A stretch of 64,000 nucleotides of DNA, taken from NCBI RefSeq assembly GCF_006345805.1, contig NC_042999.1, forward strand, positions 57,164,001 to 57,228,000, in the 5' to 3' direction. The notes under the pieces were generated by a model that was not told the origin of the DNA, did not search any database, and was given only the letters and a program-made list of their open reading frames with translations. Numbering within the stretch: position 1 is the stretch's first letter; the number at the start of each line of letters is the position of its first letter. Origin of the DNA: Octopus sinensis (Eukaryota). This document shows positions 38,902 to 53,000 of the stretch, piece by piece. The translations under genes and the position numbers were made by a program.

Positions 38902-39413
38902 CCACAAATCCTCGAGTATAGTCTGCCCTTGAGTATAATATGCAGTGGATTTTTAGGGGGCTGTACCTCTGAAAAACCTAAACCTTGTGTATAATACGCA
39001 CCCCTTCACTAACTTGAGTCAAGGAGGTCTCTATAACGTCCTTGGCTTGTAAAAATGTATACGGTAATGTCCTTTATTATTATTGTATATATGACATAAT
39101 GCAAACGTGTAGCTTTTTTGTTCCTTTTGTTTGCAGAAAATAAAGAAATAATAGTAATAACGTTTAATAAATGTTGCTTACTGCAAGTCATGGATGATTC
39201 TTTTATGACCTCATTGCTTTCAGGCTTAGCTTAAGATATTTTCACGCCCGACATTACAAAATGCATCTGACTAAACATTGCCGGACAGCATATAGAGACT
39301 CAGACATTGCTAAGGAAATATTTTTCATTTTTAACCTCGTATATAGTACGCACTAGAGATTTTGACCTTTAAATTTTTGGGGGAAAATGCAGATTATACA
39401 CGAGGATTTACGG
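38902..39413. mobile_element. pogo/Tigger-like MITE
   Basis: TA-ccacaaatcctcgagtatagtctgc ... gcagattatacacgaggatttacgg-TA, ~25-bp TIRs with internal repeats of the TIR motif. Confidence 0.72.
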
Positions 39414-39684
39414 TACATCTAATAAGCTTACCTACCAACTTTTTATTCTAGATTGAAGAAGGCGGTTGTAACAACACTTTGAACACACCTATTAAGCACA
39501 GTGTGTCACAACTGACTAGTTTTACAGAATGCAGGTAGAACATGAAGACAATTTGGAAGCTCATTAAGCAATAAATCTTCATGTTAAACTGAGCAAAAAC
39601 ACTACAGAAACTTTATCAAATGCTCCAGACTGCACATGGATTAACTTGTATGAGCTGAGTACCTGCTTTTCTCTGGCCCAACAG

Positions 39685-40060
39685 GTTCAAGGATGGTAGA
39701 GAAGAGCTGAGAGATGATGCGAGTTTAGGGATGGAGAGGGATGACAAAACATCAGAGCTGGTTGAGAAAATTCACAATTCTCAGTATGAAGACCGTCGCG
39801 TGTCTATAAAGACAAAATGCATAGTTTGGAGTTGCTGTTGGAGCTGTATACAGAATTACTCATGAAGATCTGAACGTGTGCAGGGTTTGTACAAAGTTTA
39901 TTCCCAGAGTGCTCAGTGATGAGCACAAGGAAAGACATGCTGGATACAGCAGTAAGATGACTGAGCTCATTACTGCCAATCCAAAAGTATTTGAGTCTCT
40001 AATGACTTGTAGCGAAAATGGATCTACTGTTTTGATCCAGCTGCCAAGAAACAGTCCTGA
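39685..40060 (+). mobile_element. Mariner transposase N-terminal relic
   Basis: FKDGRE...DD, EDRRVSIK, HEDLNVCRVCTKFIPRVLSDEHKER. Confidence 0.7.
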
Positions 40061-40199
40061 TGTAGAACCAGGCAATGGCTCTCATGGCTTCGGATCTTAA
40101 CTGACTGGAAATGTTATCATGTACATTGTTTTGTCTTGGTATAAAAGGTGGGCTACAGCAAATATTCTGATCAATACCACAGATTTGCTTGTCAGTTGT

Positions 40200-40620
40200 T
40201 TGACCTTCACCAGTTGACCCTGTCCCTTAGTGGTTGATGATATGTGCATCTCTGATCATGAGCAGAAGTAGTGGGGGAGCATCACAGTCATGTGTTGAGT
40301 AATTATTTGGGGTTTGGATAATTCACCTTTGGAAACATAGGTGTTTTGTTTAACATTCTTAAACAAGCTTTATTCAGGGACCTTTTGAGCGGGATGGGCT
40401 TACTTGACCTGAAGAAAATTCTAACTGGGCCCCACACGCAAGGTCATGCGTCATTTATCTTGATATGAGACCACTATGTCGTGCATATATTGTTGTGATG
40501 TGTGTGCCTGGTGTACCCTTATCACACGGGTAGTCATGATGGGTATACTGGGCTTTGTATATTTTACCCCAGTATCACTTTGATGGCATGCACTGCTCGC
40601 TCACTCAATGATAATAATAA
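40200..40620 (+). mobile_element. Unclassified SINE-like repeat with (AAT)n tail
   Basis: GC-elevated block ending in tgataataataat; recognised by resemblance only, single copy here. Confidence 0.35.
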
Positions 40621-41297
40621 TGAACCCACCCTCTTATTTAGTATATGAATTTTTAAACAGAAATATGTATGTATGTATACATATATATAGATTTGACATA
40701 TGCATATACATATTATATAATTACATATGCATATGTATACATAAATTCACACACACACACATACACTACACACTTATATGCATAGATATAAATTATTGGA
40801 TGACAAAAAACAGTTATGTAATCACTTCCATTAGCTTACAGCTGTTACTGCTATAAGAGGTACTGCTCTCAGAGATGAATGCTCGAGCGATATCTTAGCT
40901 TCTCCCTGTTCTTTTGTCATTCATCAATTAATATTACATTCTGTATTGACCTGAATTTCACCTCCATCTCCTAGTTCCACTTGATTATCCCATATTAAGG
41001 GGACCCTCTATTGTCCTGACATATTTATGTCCTTGCTCATGAGAACAATCTCTGATTTCCTCCGGGTAATCAAGTGGAACTAGGAGATGGAGTGTTACGC
41101 CAAAGCTTAGATATACTAATTGGTTATTTATATCACCAATATAGTGAAATCGTAATATATGTGTGTATGTGTGCATGTGTATATATGTGTGTGTGTGTAT
41201 ACACAAAAGATCTATCTATTTATCCATCTATACATTATACACACATCACACGCACGTTAATGCATATAGTCATACTGACTATCACTACTAGACAAAA

Positions 41298-41601
41298 TTG
41301 TTTGTTTGTTCCTACTCGAGCCATGCGTGGCTAATAAGGGCCGGTTTCCCGGTTTCCTTGGCGTATAGGTTCCCCACTTGGACGGGACGCCGGTCCGTCG
41401 CAGGTGAGCTGAAAGATGCAGGAGGAAAGAGAGAAAGTTGTTGCGAAAGATCCAGCAGAAGTTCGCCGTTACGTTCTGCCAGAGCCGCATGAATCTTAGG
41501 TGTTTCGCTAATAAACATACACATCGCCCGGTCTGAGATTCGAACCCACGATCCATCGACCGCGAATCCGCTGCTCTGACCATTAGGCCATGTGCCTCTA
41601 C
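41298..41601 (-). mobile_element. tRNA-derived SINE (same family as 12174)
   Basis: Reverse copy with TSD ACTAGACAA. Confidence 0.88.
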
Positions 41602-42087
41602 ACTAGACAATATTGACGACTCTTTAAACATGCTGAACGGAAGCACATAGCTGTTTTAATGCTGCTGGTACATAGACTTCACTCTGATTCGGTGGTGACA
41701 TAAGGATGGAAAGAAATTTATTGAAAAAGATTTAACGAGGGATTATTCCTTCGTATGTTGTTGTTAGCCATGGGTGAAGACAGTAAGCTGTGGGTAGACC
41801 ATTCTCTAGTTAAAAAAAAACAACAGGCATAACAACGTCATCAAAACGAATTTGCGATCAAGAGACGCAGTATCCGAATTTTCGCTTTTCGATTTCCCAC
41901 TGGATTGTGAAAGTTTTTAGAATAGTTCTCTTCTCCGCCAAGTAAAATTAGCATCTATTTTCATTAAGATACAGCCTAGATTGTTCCTGTAATTTCCAGT
42001 TGGTATCAACCGGCATTGCATCCAATTTTATTCGTCATTTATAGCAAAAGTTGGTCAGTCAAAAGGGATAATCATCTCTTTGGTAAA

Positions 42088-42198
42088 CATCGCCTGAGGA
42101 AATGAATCCATGAGGATCATCTACCCGATGTCCACATTTTAATCATCCCAGGAATACAGACTGTGATCTTAAGAGACATGTGATTTGTGGAAACGCGC
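42088..42198 (+). ncRNA. Dead copy of the long-helix-II hammerhead family
   Basis: CATCGC-CTGAGGA...GAAACGCGC; the cleavage triplet and 3' helix I strand are deleted relative to the 58-kb copies. Confidence 0.6.
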
Positions 42199-42454
42199 AT
42201 TAAATGTTTATAAAATCCATCCAAGGGTTACTGCCATTATTACTACATTTATCCTAAAACTGGTTCACCAGTCAGCATCATTAGACCATGGCCGGCATAA
42301 CGGAATATGAACTTTATTTGCATATTCAAAATGTTTACCGTAAACAAATATATATACATACATATACAAATGCATATACATACGCATTAATATATTATTC
42401 TCTCTGCAAAGCAATACAGTAGCAGCAGTATTGTTTTTTTTTTTTTGTTTTTGG

Positions 42455-42740
42455 TGAGGTTTTTTGCGGTATGAGCAGTTGCCCCGTCTTGCTGGAACCA
42501 TGTGAGGTCTACTTTGAATGTCCGGGTGCAAAAAGGTCTCAATCATGGATGCCTGAAAGAGAGGGTTTACGTCAACAAACCGGAGGCCTTGGTGCAACGG
42601 AAGGAAAACGTTAATAGAGGAATCAAATAAGTGGGGTCTGAAACTCTTGAGAGTGTTATGGTGCAAGTTTTGGAAAGAGCACAGGCGTGCAAAGCTGAAA
42701 ATGGCTGCCATTTAAGCGATGTCATTTTTCGTAAGTGATG
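42455..42740. mobile_element. Rearranged Tc1/mariner transposase relic
   Basis: WFQQDGATAHTA on the minus strand (42455-42545) abuts GCLKERVYVNKP...AENGCHLSDVIFRK-stop on the plus strand. Confidence 0.7.
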
Positions 42741-42877
42741 CGGTGGTGTTACAAGCATTGACTTGCGCATACTAATTTCCATTATGTCCTATACATTGTA
42801 TCAAAATTTCATGCATTTATTTGTAAAGTTAAGGAAGTAATTAAAAATTGAAATTCATCAGTGACTTTTGGGACTAT

Positions 42878-43084
42878 TCTTTTATTCTTTTATTTGTTTC
42901 AGTCATGTGACTGCTGCTATGCTGGAGCACCGCCTTTAGTCGAGCAAATCGATCCCAGGACTTATTCTTTGTAAGTCTAGTACTTATTCTATCGGTCTCT
43001 CTTGCCGAACCGCTAAGTGACGGGGACGTAAACACCGGCATCGGTTGTCAAGCGATGTTGGGGGGGGGGAACACAGACACACAA

Positions 43085-43122
<38 letters not shown>

Positions 43123-43280
43123 GACGGGCTTTTGTCAGTTTCCGTCTACCAAATCCACTCACAAGGCTTTGGTCGGCTCGAGGCTATAATAGAAGACACT
43201 TGCCCAAGGTGCCACGCAGTGGGACTGAACCTAGAACCATGTGGCTGGTAAGCAAGCTACTTACCTCACGGCTACTCCTG
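42878..43280 (-). mobile_element. OK-like SINE
   Basis: Full reverse copy, low divergence. Confidence 0.88.
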
Positions 43281-43479
43281 ATAAACACACACACATACAT
43301 TTATACATATATATCTATGCGCGTATACATATGTACATGTGTGTGTGTGTGTATAAATATATATATCACCCAATGAGGATAAGTGAATCACCGAATGAAC
43401 AATTCAAAAGTGCTTAAGCCTACCCTTACGGAACATGCAATCAGCGAACCTGTAGAGTTTTTTTTTTACCAAGAAAGAT

Positions 43480-45130
43480 ATAAAAAAAGGAGGCTGTAAC
43501 ACTTGAGTACGTCGATATGAAAGAAGATGTAATATTGGCTATAGACGAAATAAGCTCGGACTCAATTACTGGCCCTGGTAGTTTACTAGCAATCCTTCTA
43601 AAATCGTGTGATCGATCCCTAGCAAAATCACTACAGTCACTTTTCTAGAGCTTCTTTTCAAATGGCAAACTTCCAAGCAAGTTGAAGAAAGGAACAATTT
43701 GCCTTAATCATAAAGGACTTAGCAGAGCAGATGCCAAAAACTATATAGTCTTATCTCTTTGACTTCGCATATCACCAAAGTCATGGAGAAGATTATGCAT
43801 GACCTCAGCATAGTAGGAAACCTTGGAGAGTGGCTGCACGACTTTTTAAAAGGAAGAAGTCAGGTTGTGTTGGCCAATGGCGCCTCCTTCGAGGAAAACC
43901 AAATAGTGAGTTGTGTCCCTCGCAGCACTGTCTTGGAGCCACTACTGTTCATAGTGGCACTCATCCACACACATTCCTCACCAGCTTTGAAGATGACGCA
44001 AAAGTCTCACAATTAATATAAAACCTTGAAGATGTCACACATCTGCAACAGCTGACACTCCGTCGGCTACGACGACAAGTGATCCAATTGATCCGATCAA
44101 CAGAGCAGCCTGCTCGTGAAATTAACATACAAGTGTACCATTAACGTAGTTCTGAGGGAGATTCAGCGTGACACAGAATGTAACAAGGTTGACCCTTTCA
44201 ATTACAGGCACTACTCATTTTTGCCAGCTGAGTGAACTAGAGCAACGTGAAATAAAACGTCTAGCTCAATGACCCAACGCACCGCCAGGAAGCGAACTCA
44301 CGACCTTACGACAGTGAGCCGGATACCCTAACCACTAAATCACGCGCTTCATGTCTGCAACAAGAGTTAGATGCAATATACAAGTGGGTTAACGACAATA
44401 ACATACAGTTCAATGTTGGGTGTTTCTACGCTCTACGCTATAAGCAAAGTTATTCAATGCAGACAAAATACTCGGGACCTGGAGGGATCGCGGTTCCAGA
44501 ATCACAATCATTGTGACCAGGGCATTAACATGAGGAGTGATGCAGCCTTCAATGTCCATATTACTAAGCTGGTAATGAAATGCAGGCGGCTGATCAGAAG
44601 GACTCTTAGAACTTTCAGAACAAGAGAGCAAGAAACCATAATGGTTCTCTGAAGGACATTTGTTCAAAGCCGTTCTAACTATTGCTCCCAACTATGGTCA
44701 CCACAGCGGAACTCGAAGCAGTCCAAGAAGCTACACGAAGAAGATAACCTCAATGCACCTATCGGTGAAGAGCTAAGATGTTAAGACTTTACTTCCTGGA
44801 ACGAAGGCAGGAAAGATAAACTGCAATATACATCCGGAAGATCCTGGAAGGACTAGTCCCAAGTTTTGGCGCTGAAAGTTATACAATCGCCAGACCAGGA
44901 TGCCATTGTCAAAATCCGGGACAAGATGCTGCAACAGCTTGGGATGGATTCAAGGACCTACAGTTCTTCAACATCCTCTCATAGGAGCTGAGATACCTAG
45001 ACAGTATATATGTAGATGCCCACAAAATTAAACTAGATCTCCTACTGTCACGAGTCACAGATGAGCCAACTTCAGAGTAGAAAGTGGGAATGAGGGCAGC
45101 ATCATCAAACTCCCTCATTCACCAAATGCC
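43480..45130 (+). mobile_element. Decayed CR1/L2/Jockey-group LINE (RT and 3' end)
   Basis: LTSHITKVMEKI, WLHDFLKGRSQVV.ANG, VPRSTVLEPLLF, LRTFRTREQETIMVL, NYCSQLWSP; clade not resolved. Confidence 0.8.
44051..44353 (-). mobile_element. SINE inserted in the LINE relic
   Basis: TSD TCTGCAACA at 44042-44050 and 44354-44362 interrupts HLQQELDAIYKW. Confidence 0.85.
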
Positions 45131-45470
45131 AAACTATTAAAAGAGGATTAATGAAGGTGTGGCAACACCAGTTGGTGGTGCCCCAACGTGGCCACAGCTC
45201 TTGAGTTGAGACTAATAAAGGAGTGATGAGTAAAAGAGTCACACGTATATATATATATATATATATAGCCGTAACCCATGCATACCAGCCTCCCATCTCC
45301 ACGCCACCAGTGTTATCTAAGGGAAAGGCAAAGGACGATACAGCTTGGCATCAATTACTTCGCAACTCATTTCTAAAACTGAGTGAACTAGAGCAATCTG
45401 AAATAAAGTGTCTTGCTCAAGAACACAACAGACAGCCCGATCTGGGATTCGAACTCACTATCTTTTGATT

Positions 45471-45531
<61 letters not shown>

Positions 45532-45639
45532 GGATGGATGGATGGATGGATGGATGGATGGATGGATGGATGGATGGATGGATGGATGGATGGATAGATA
45601 GATAGATAGATAGATAGATACACACATGCGTACATATAC

Positions 45640-46810
45640 AGGGTGTCACGGGTACTTGAGCACACTAAAGTATCAGTATATTTCTCTCTTCTAACGAATT
45701 AAAGGCATTTTATGCATCTCGTTTCGGTCCCTTATGTTAGATTAATTGCTAATGCTGGATATGAAAAGCAAAACCTGCAGTTATCGTTGTTATATATGCA
45801 GAAAACAACAATTTAGAAATTGCCATCTTTCTAAATGCTGGACAATCCTCTGTACACAAAGTTCGGCGGGAACTGGAACCCAGCAGCGGGAATGTTTCAA
45901 ATGTATGAAAGAAAAAGAAAAAGAAAAGCATTCTAAAGATTGACGCCGCAATTCATCGAAGTGGTTGAAAATAATATCGATTAAGATCCCGGAAAATCAA
46001 CGGTGGCCATCGCTGAAAAATGCAATCCGAATTGTGGTGCGAAAGAAGTCTATGTACAGGGATAGGCCATTTCATGTCTGCAAAGACACAGTAAAACTGC
46101 ATTATCCGTGCTGTGTGGTTACTTAACAAGGTTAAAAACTTCCTCGAGCGTGGCACGCTTTGCTATTCTTTGATGAAAAAGAAAAACTATGACCACAATC
46201 AAAAGTCTAACGGGGGAAATGGCGTATAGTTATGGTGACGCACGCTAAGTTTCTGGCAACTGCCATGGTTTTAGGCGTGGTAACTAACGAAAGTGATATC
46301 GTGGCACTTCACATTTTTCCATGGGCTCTTAGAATTTATACTACTGGAGGTGCTGGGGGCAGTTGTAAAGTTCTGAGTGGATTGAAATATGCATTAGAAG
46401 GCTGTACATGCTTACATAAAATTCAGTACCGTCTCACAAAGGCTGTATAACATTAGAATAAATGTCAGACAATCTTTACGATAGTGTAGCACCAAACTTG
46501 TGGTCTTGAAATCCACCAGATTGAAATTCTACGTTTAGGGCGTTGTTGAAAGAAAGACTGACCATCATCCCCACAATACCACAGCTTCATTGAAGGCTGC
46601 CATAATCCAGGTGATATCCGAAATGCATGAAGAACATCTAGTATACCAACGATTCTGGTTGCGCATTGAAGCAGTTATTAGTCATTGGAGCTGAAGGCGG
46701 ATTCACAGAACAGGTGCACACATTTTATTAAGACATAGTATTTGTAAGATTAGAGTTGTTTTATTAAATTACGAAATACGCCCTCGAATACGTCTGGCTC
46801 CTAGTACACA
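45640..46810 (+). mobile_element. Highly decayed maT/DD37D-like Tc1/mariner element
   Basis: FFDEK, VMVTHAKFLATAMVLGVVTNESDIVALHIFP and PNLW...PPD motifs; TIRs too diverged to confirm. Confidence 0.65.
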
Positions 46811-46999
46811 CGCACGCGCGCACACACACACATACACTCATACAAAGCTACATATGTGTGTGTATAAACACACACATACTACACACCTATATATAAATAT
46901 TATCGATTGCACATACAGAATATGCGTTTTGTCTACACGCCGAATTTGCTGCGGGATAGCGTCTGGAAAAGGCTCCCTACATAATGCTAATTATCACGT

Positions 47000-47033
<34 letters not shown>

Positions 47034-47039
47034 AACTGA

Positions 47040-47510
47040 CAATTTAGAAATTCTAGTAGAGTTTATTATACTTTTAGGATGATTTGAAAATCTATTCACG
47101 GAATTCAAATATTCACTGGGTTTAAGAAAAGAAGTGAATAGACGAGAATTTAACTCCAAGGAGAAATTTTCCTTCAAGAGGTTGTTTTCAATAGAAGTAC
47201 TTAGAACGAAGTTACAAAAACATTTCCTTACATTTTTTTTGCTCTTTCAATATTTACTTTATTTGCGTTGCAAATCGAAAATATTGCATCGTCTCTATGT
47301 AGACCTCCCAAGCGGAAACATAATAAACTCTATAGTTAAAGGTGTATCAACTAGAATTTCTACATTATCAGCTAATGAAGAAATTTTTAAGCAACAGGTT
47401 ACATATTATAATGCAGCGTTAAGTAGAGCTGGTTACAAATATATATATGAGCCGATGATTTAGAAATTCTAGTAGAAACATTTTCAGATATAGAGTTTAT
47501 TGTTGTATAT
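47040..47510. mobile_element. Three Penelope-like RT C-terminal fragments in alternating orientation
   Basis: Minus: SNHPKSIINSTRISKLS; plus: NIINSIVKGVSTRISTLSANEEIFKQQVTYYNAALSRAGY; minus: INSISENVSTRISKSS. Confidence 0.72.
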
Positions 47511-47613
47511 ATGAATGCATGTATATGCATATGTATATACACATGTATACATATGCATATATATATACACATACATACATATATGGACGTCACCAAACAG
47601 TAAACAACATGAA

Positions 47614-48128
47614 ATACGAAAGCAAATTAGTTCAATACGCAAACAACGAGAGAAACAAATGGAAAACGGGAGAATTAACATAAAGAACGACCCTTCGTCA
47701 GTTGTCGGCTGTCTATCTACTCCTCATTTCGAGCATTGAACGACAATATGAGTTTTCGAAGACAGTTGCTCTCATACGCGCCAAAATAAAATTTGGGACT
47801 TATGGAGGGTCAAAGTTGGGAACAAAAACAGGACAGTGGAGACAAACAAGGAAGCCGAACGAAAACAAGCATGGGGCGGGGTCGTTAGACAAGAACGTGG
47901 GTAAAAATAGCGAACTCTGGAGAAATAGTTTCTTTGACAAAAGAAAAGATATGAGAGAGAGATAGGATATGTGCTAACCGACAACTGATGAAGGGTTGTT
48001 CTTTGCGTTACTTCTGTTTTCCATTTGTTTCTCTCGTTGTTTGCATATTGAACTCATTTGCTTTCGTATATATATATACGAAAACAAATGAGTTCAATAC
48101 GCAAACAACGAGAGAAACAAATGGGAAA
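47614..48128. repeat. Three copies of one repeat end (+, -, +), forming two inverted pairs
   Basis: tacgaaa.caaat.agttcaatacgcaaacaacgagagaaacaaatgg at 47614 and 48077, reverse at about 47975-48068; (TA)n lies at the centre of the second pair. Confidence 0.85.
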
Positions 48129-48366
48129 TATATATATACATACATACTTAGAAATAGATGCGTCGCTTTCAATTAAATAATAAATTATATATATCGTTAA
48201 CTATATTTGCCATCTAAATGTGGCTGATCCATATGGGACGATGCTAGTGTAGATTATAGCAGGAGGAAGGAAAGCATCTCCTTCAGCTGGCTAACGACAC
48301 ACTGTCTGTGCCCGATCAGTATTTGCGAAGGGAAATAATCGTTCCCATCTCTAGCCTTACGTGATA

Positions 48367-48410
48367 CACATGGACCCGGTTTCTAGGTAGTAACCCGTCA
48401 TCAGCGTGTG
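48367..48410 (-). ncRNA. Minimal type I hammerhead ribozyme motif
   Basis: Minus strand CACACG-CTGATGA-CGGGT-TACT-ACCTA-GAAAC-CGG-GTC/CATGTG; core intact, helix I 5 of 6 pairs, C.A mismatch at the base of helix II. Confidence 0.72.
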
Positions 48411-48419
48411 ACAATCACC

Positions 48420-48555
48420 GGCTATGGATGAAAAGGCTTTGGACGGCCCGAGGTTATAGTAGAAGACACTTGCCCAAGATGCCATGCAATGGGACTGAAC
48501 TCGGAACCATGTTGTTGGTAAGCAAGCTACCCACCACACAGCCACTCCTGCGCCT

Positions 48556-48556
<1 letters not shown>
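48420..48556 (-). mobile_element. 5' half of an OK-like SINE
   Basis: Reverse tRNA-like head and central domain. Confidence 0.8.
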
Positions 48557-48597
<41 letters not shown>

Positions 48598-48805
48598 CAA
48601 TATCTCTGGAAATTTAAATCTACAACATGGATTGATTCATCTTCTCTTCGAAACTAATAAGTTTTTAAAAATCTGTGATAAGACTGTGCATCATCATTAA
48701 GGAACTTTGGAAAACTGTTTACAACCTATATCTGCCTCTAATGGAACTATCTCCAATATCTCATGAGTATAACCTCACCCACTAAGATGTCTAGAGAACT
48801 CAAAT

Positions 48806-48899
48806 GTATTTAGCTGATGAGTACGGGACACTTTATCTGCTGCAATATTTGCAACTTGTAATAAAGCCTGTCTTTGTATGAAACAATTGTACTAAAAAC
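48806..48899 (+). ncRNA. Type I hammerhead ribozyme motif with extended helix II
   Basis: GTATTTAG-CTGATGA(48814-48820)-59-nt helix II-GAAAC(48880-48884)-AATT-GTA/CTAAAAAC; all core residues present; helix III is the palindrome ACAATTGT. Confidence 0.8.
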
Positions 48900-48924
48900 C
48901 ATCCATTCTTGTTGCTTCTTCTCG

Positions 48925-48969
48925 TATATATATTATACATATATACATATATAATATATATATACATAT

Positions 48970-49005
<36 letters not shown>

Positions 49006-49043
49006 CATAATTATATATATATATATATATACAGATATATATA

Positions 49044-49074
<31 letters not shown>

Positions 49075-49081
49075 ATACATA

Positions 49082-49159
<78 letters not shown>

Positions 49160-49568
49160 CATATATATATATTATAACATATACATATATATATATTATA
49201 TATATATATATATATTATACACATATATATATATATATACACATATATATATATATACACATATATATATATATACACATATACATATATATACATTAAT
49301 ACATATATATACATATATATAATATATACATATATATATTTACTATATACATATATATACATATATACATATATATATATAAATACTATATACATAATAT
49401 ACATATATATACATATATATATATATACTACATATATATATATATATACATATATACATATATATATATAAATACATATACATATATATATAATAAATAC
49501 ATATATACATATATACATATATACATATATACATATATATATATAAATACATATATATATATAAATAC

Positions 49569-49599
<31 letters not shown>

Positions 49600-50139
49600 C
49601 ATATTATATATATACATATATATACATACATATATATATATATACTATATATACATATATATATATAACATATATAATACATATACATATAATATAATAC
49701 AATACATATATATACATATATAATATATACATATATATACAATATTATATACATATATATATACATATACATCTATATATACATATACTATTATATACAT
49801 ATATATATACCTATATATATACATATACATATATATATACATATATTATACATATATATATACATATATACATATATATATACATATATATATACATATA
49901 CATATATACATATACATAATACATATACATATATACATATATATATACATATATATATCATATACTATATACATATACATATATACATATATATATACAT
50001 ATATACATATATACATATACATATATACATATACATATATACATATATATATACAATACATATATACATATACATATATACATATACACATATACATATA
50101 CATATACACACTACATATACATATATATCATATATATAC

Positions 50140-50190
<51 letters not shown>

Positions 50191-50568
50191 CAGATATATA
50201 CATTATATACTATATATACATATATATACATATATACATATATATACATATATATATATATATACATATATATACATATATATATATATATCATATATAA
50301 TATCTATATATATATATATATATATTACATATATATCACATATATATATAATATATACATATATATATTATACATATATATATATATACTATATATATAT
50401 ATACATATATATATACATTATATATACATATATATATATATATTATACATATATATATACATATATATATATATACATATATATATACATATATAATATA
50501 TACATATATATATCTATATATATATATATACATTATATATACATATATATATACATATAATATATATC

Positions 50569-50615
<47 letters not shown>

Positions 50616-50663
50616 CATCTATATATATATATACATATATATATATACATTATATATATATAC

Positions 50664-50696
<33 letters not shown>

Positions 50697-50702
50697 ACAT
50701 AT

Positions 50703-50772
<70 letters not shown>

Positions 50773-50785
50773 TATATATATATAC

Positions 50786-50818
<33 letters not shown>

Positions 50819-50831
50819 ATATACATTCTAT

Positions 50832-50865
<34 letters not shown>

Positions 50866-50933
50866 CATATATATATACATATATAATACATATATATATA
50901 TATATATACATATATATACATATATATATATAC

Positions 50934-50994
<61 letters not shown>

Positions 50995-50995
50995 C

Positions 50996-51028
<33 letters not shown>

Positions 51029-51102
51029 TACATATATATATATTACATATATATATATATACATATATATATACATATATACATATATATCTATATATAA
51101 CA

Positions 51103-51136
<34 letters not shown>

Positions 51137-51201
51137 ATACATTATATACATATATATATACATATATAATATTATATGACCATATATATATACATATATA
51201 G

Positions 51202-51248
<47 letters not shown>

Positions 51249-51571
51249 CATATATAATATTACATAATATATATATACTATATATATATCTAACACATAT
51301 ACATATATATATATATACATATATATATATACATATAATAATATATACATATTATATACATATATATATACATATATATATATATATAATACATATATAT
51401 ATACATATATATACATATATATATACCATATATATACATATATATATACATATTATATCTATATATATACATATATATACATATATATATACATATATAT
51501 ACATATATATATACATATATATTATACATTATATACTATATATATATACATATATATATACATATATACTA

Positions 51572-51608
<37 letters not shown>

Positions 51609-52205
51609 CATATCTATATATATATATAATATATTATACATTATATACATATATATACATATTATATATACATATATATACATATATATTATATACATAT
51701 ATATACATATATATATACATATATATATATATATACATATATAATATATGTATATACATATATATATATATATACATATATATATACATATATATATATA
51801 TACACATATTATATACTATATATATATATATATACATATATATACTATATATATATACATTATTATATATATATACATACATATATATATATATATACAT
51901 ATATTACATATATATATAGTATATATACATTATATATATACATATATATATACATATATATCATATAATATACATATATATACATATATATATACATATA
52001 TATCATATATATATACATATATAGAATATATATACATATATATATATACATATATATACATATATATATACATATATATATATTATATACATATATATAT
52101 ATTTATACTACATATATATAATATATACATATATATATACTATTATATATATATATATATATATATACATATATATATTGTATATTATATATATATATAT
52201 ATACC

Positions 52206-52241
<36 letters not shown>

Positions 52242-52295
52242 CATATATATATATATAATACACATATATATATACATATATATATATATATACAC

Positions 52296-52328
<33 letters not shown>

Positions 52329-52380
52329 CACATATATATATACATATATATATATATATACATAATATATATATATATAC

Positions 52381-52429
<49 letters not shown>

Positions 52430-52761
52430 CACATATTATATATACATATATATATATATATATACATACTATATATATATATATATATATACACATTATA
52501 TATATATATATATACATATATATATACATATATATACTATATATATATATATATATATATATCATATATACATATATACATATATATACATATATACATA
52601 TATATACATATATAATATTATATAATTATACATACATTATATATATATATAATATATATATAGCATATATTACATATAGATATACATATCATACATATAT
52701 ATATACATATATATATACATATATATATATATACATAATATATATATATATACATATATAC

Positions 52762-52800
<39 letters not shown>

Positions 52801-52966
52801 CCATATATATATAATACTATATATATAACATATATATATATATACATATATATACATATATACATATATATATATATTTATTATATACGTGTGTGTGTGT
52901 GTATTTACATATACATATATATATGTGTGTGTTATATATATATACATACATATATGTGTGTGTGTT

Positions 52967-53000
<34 letters not shown>

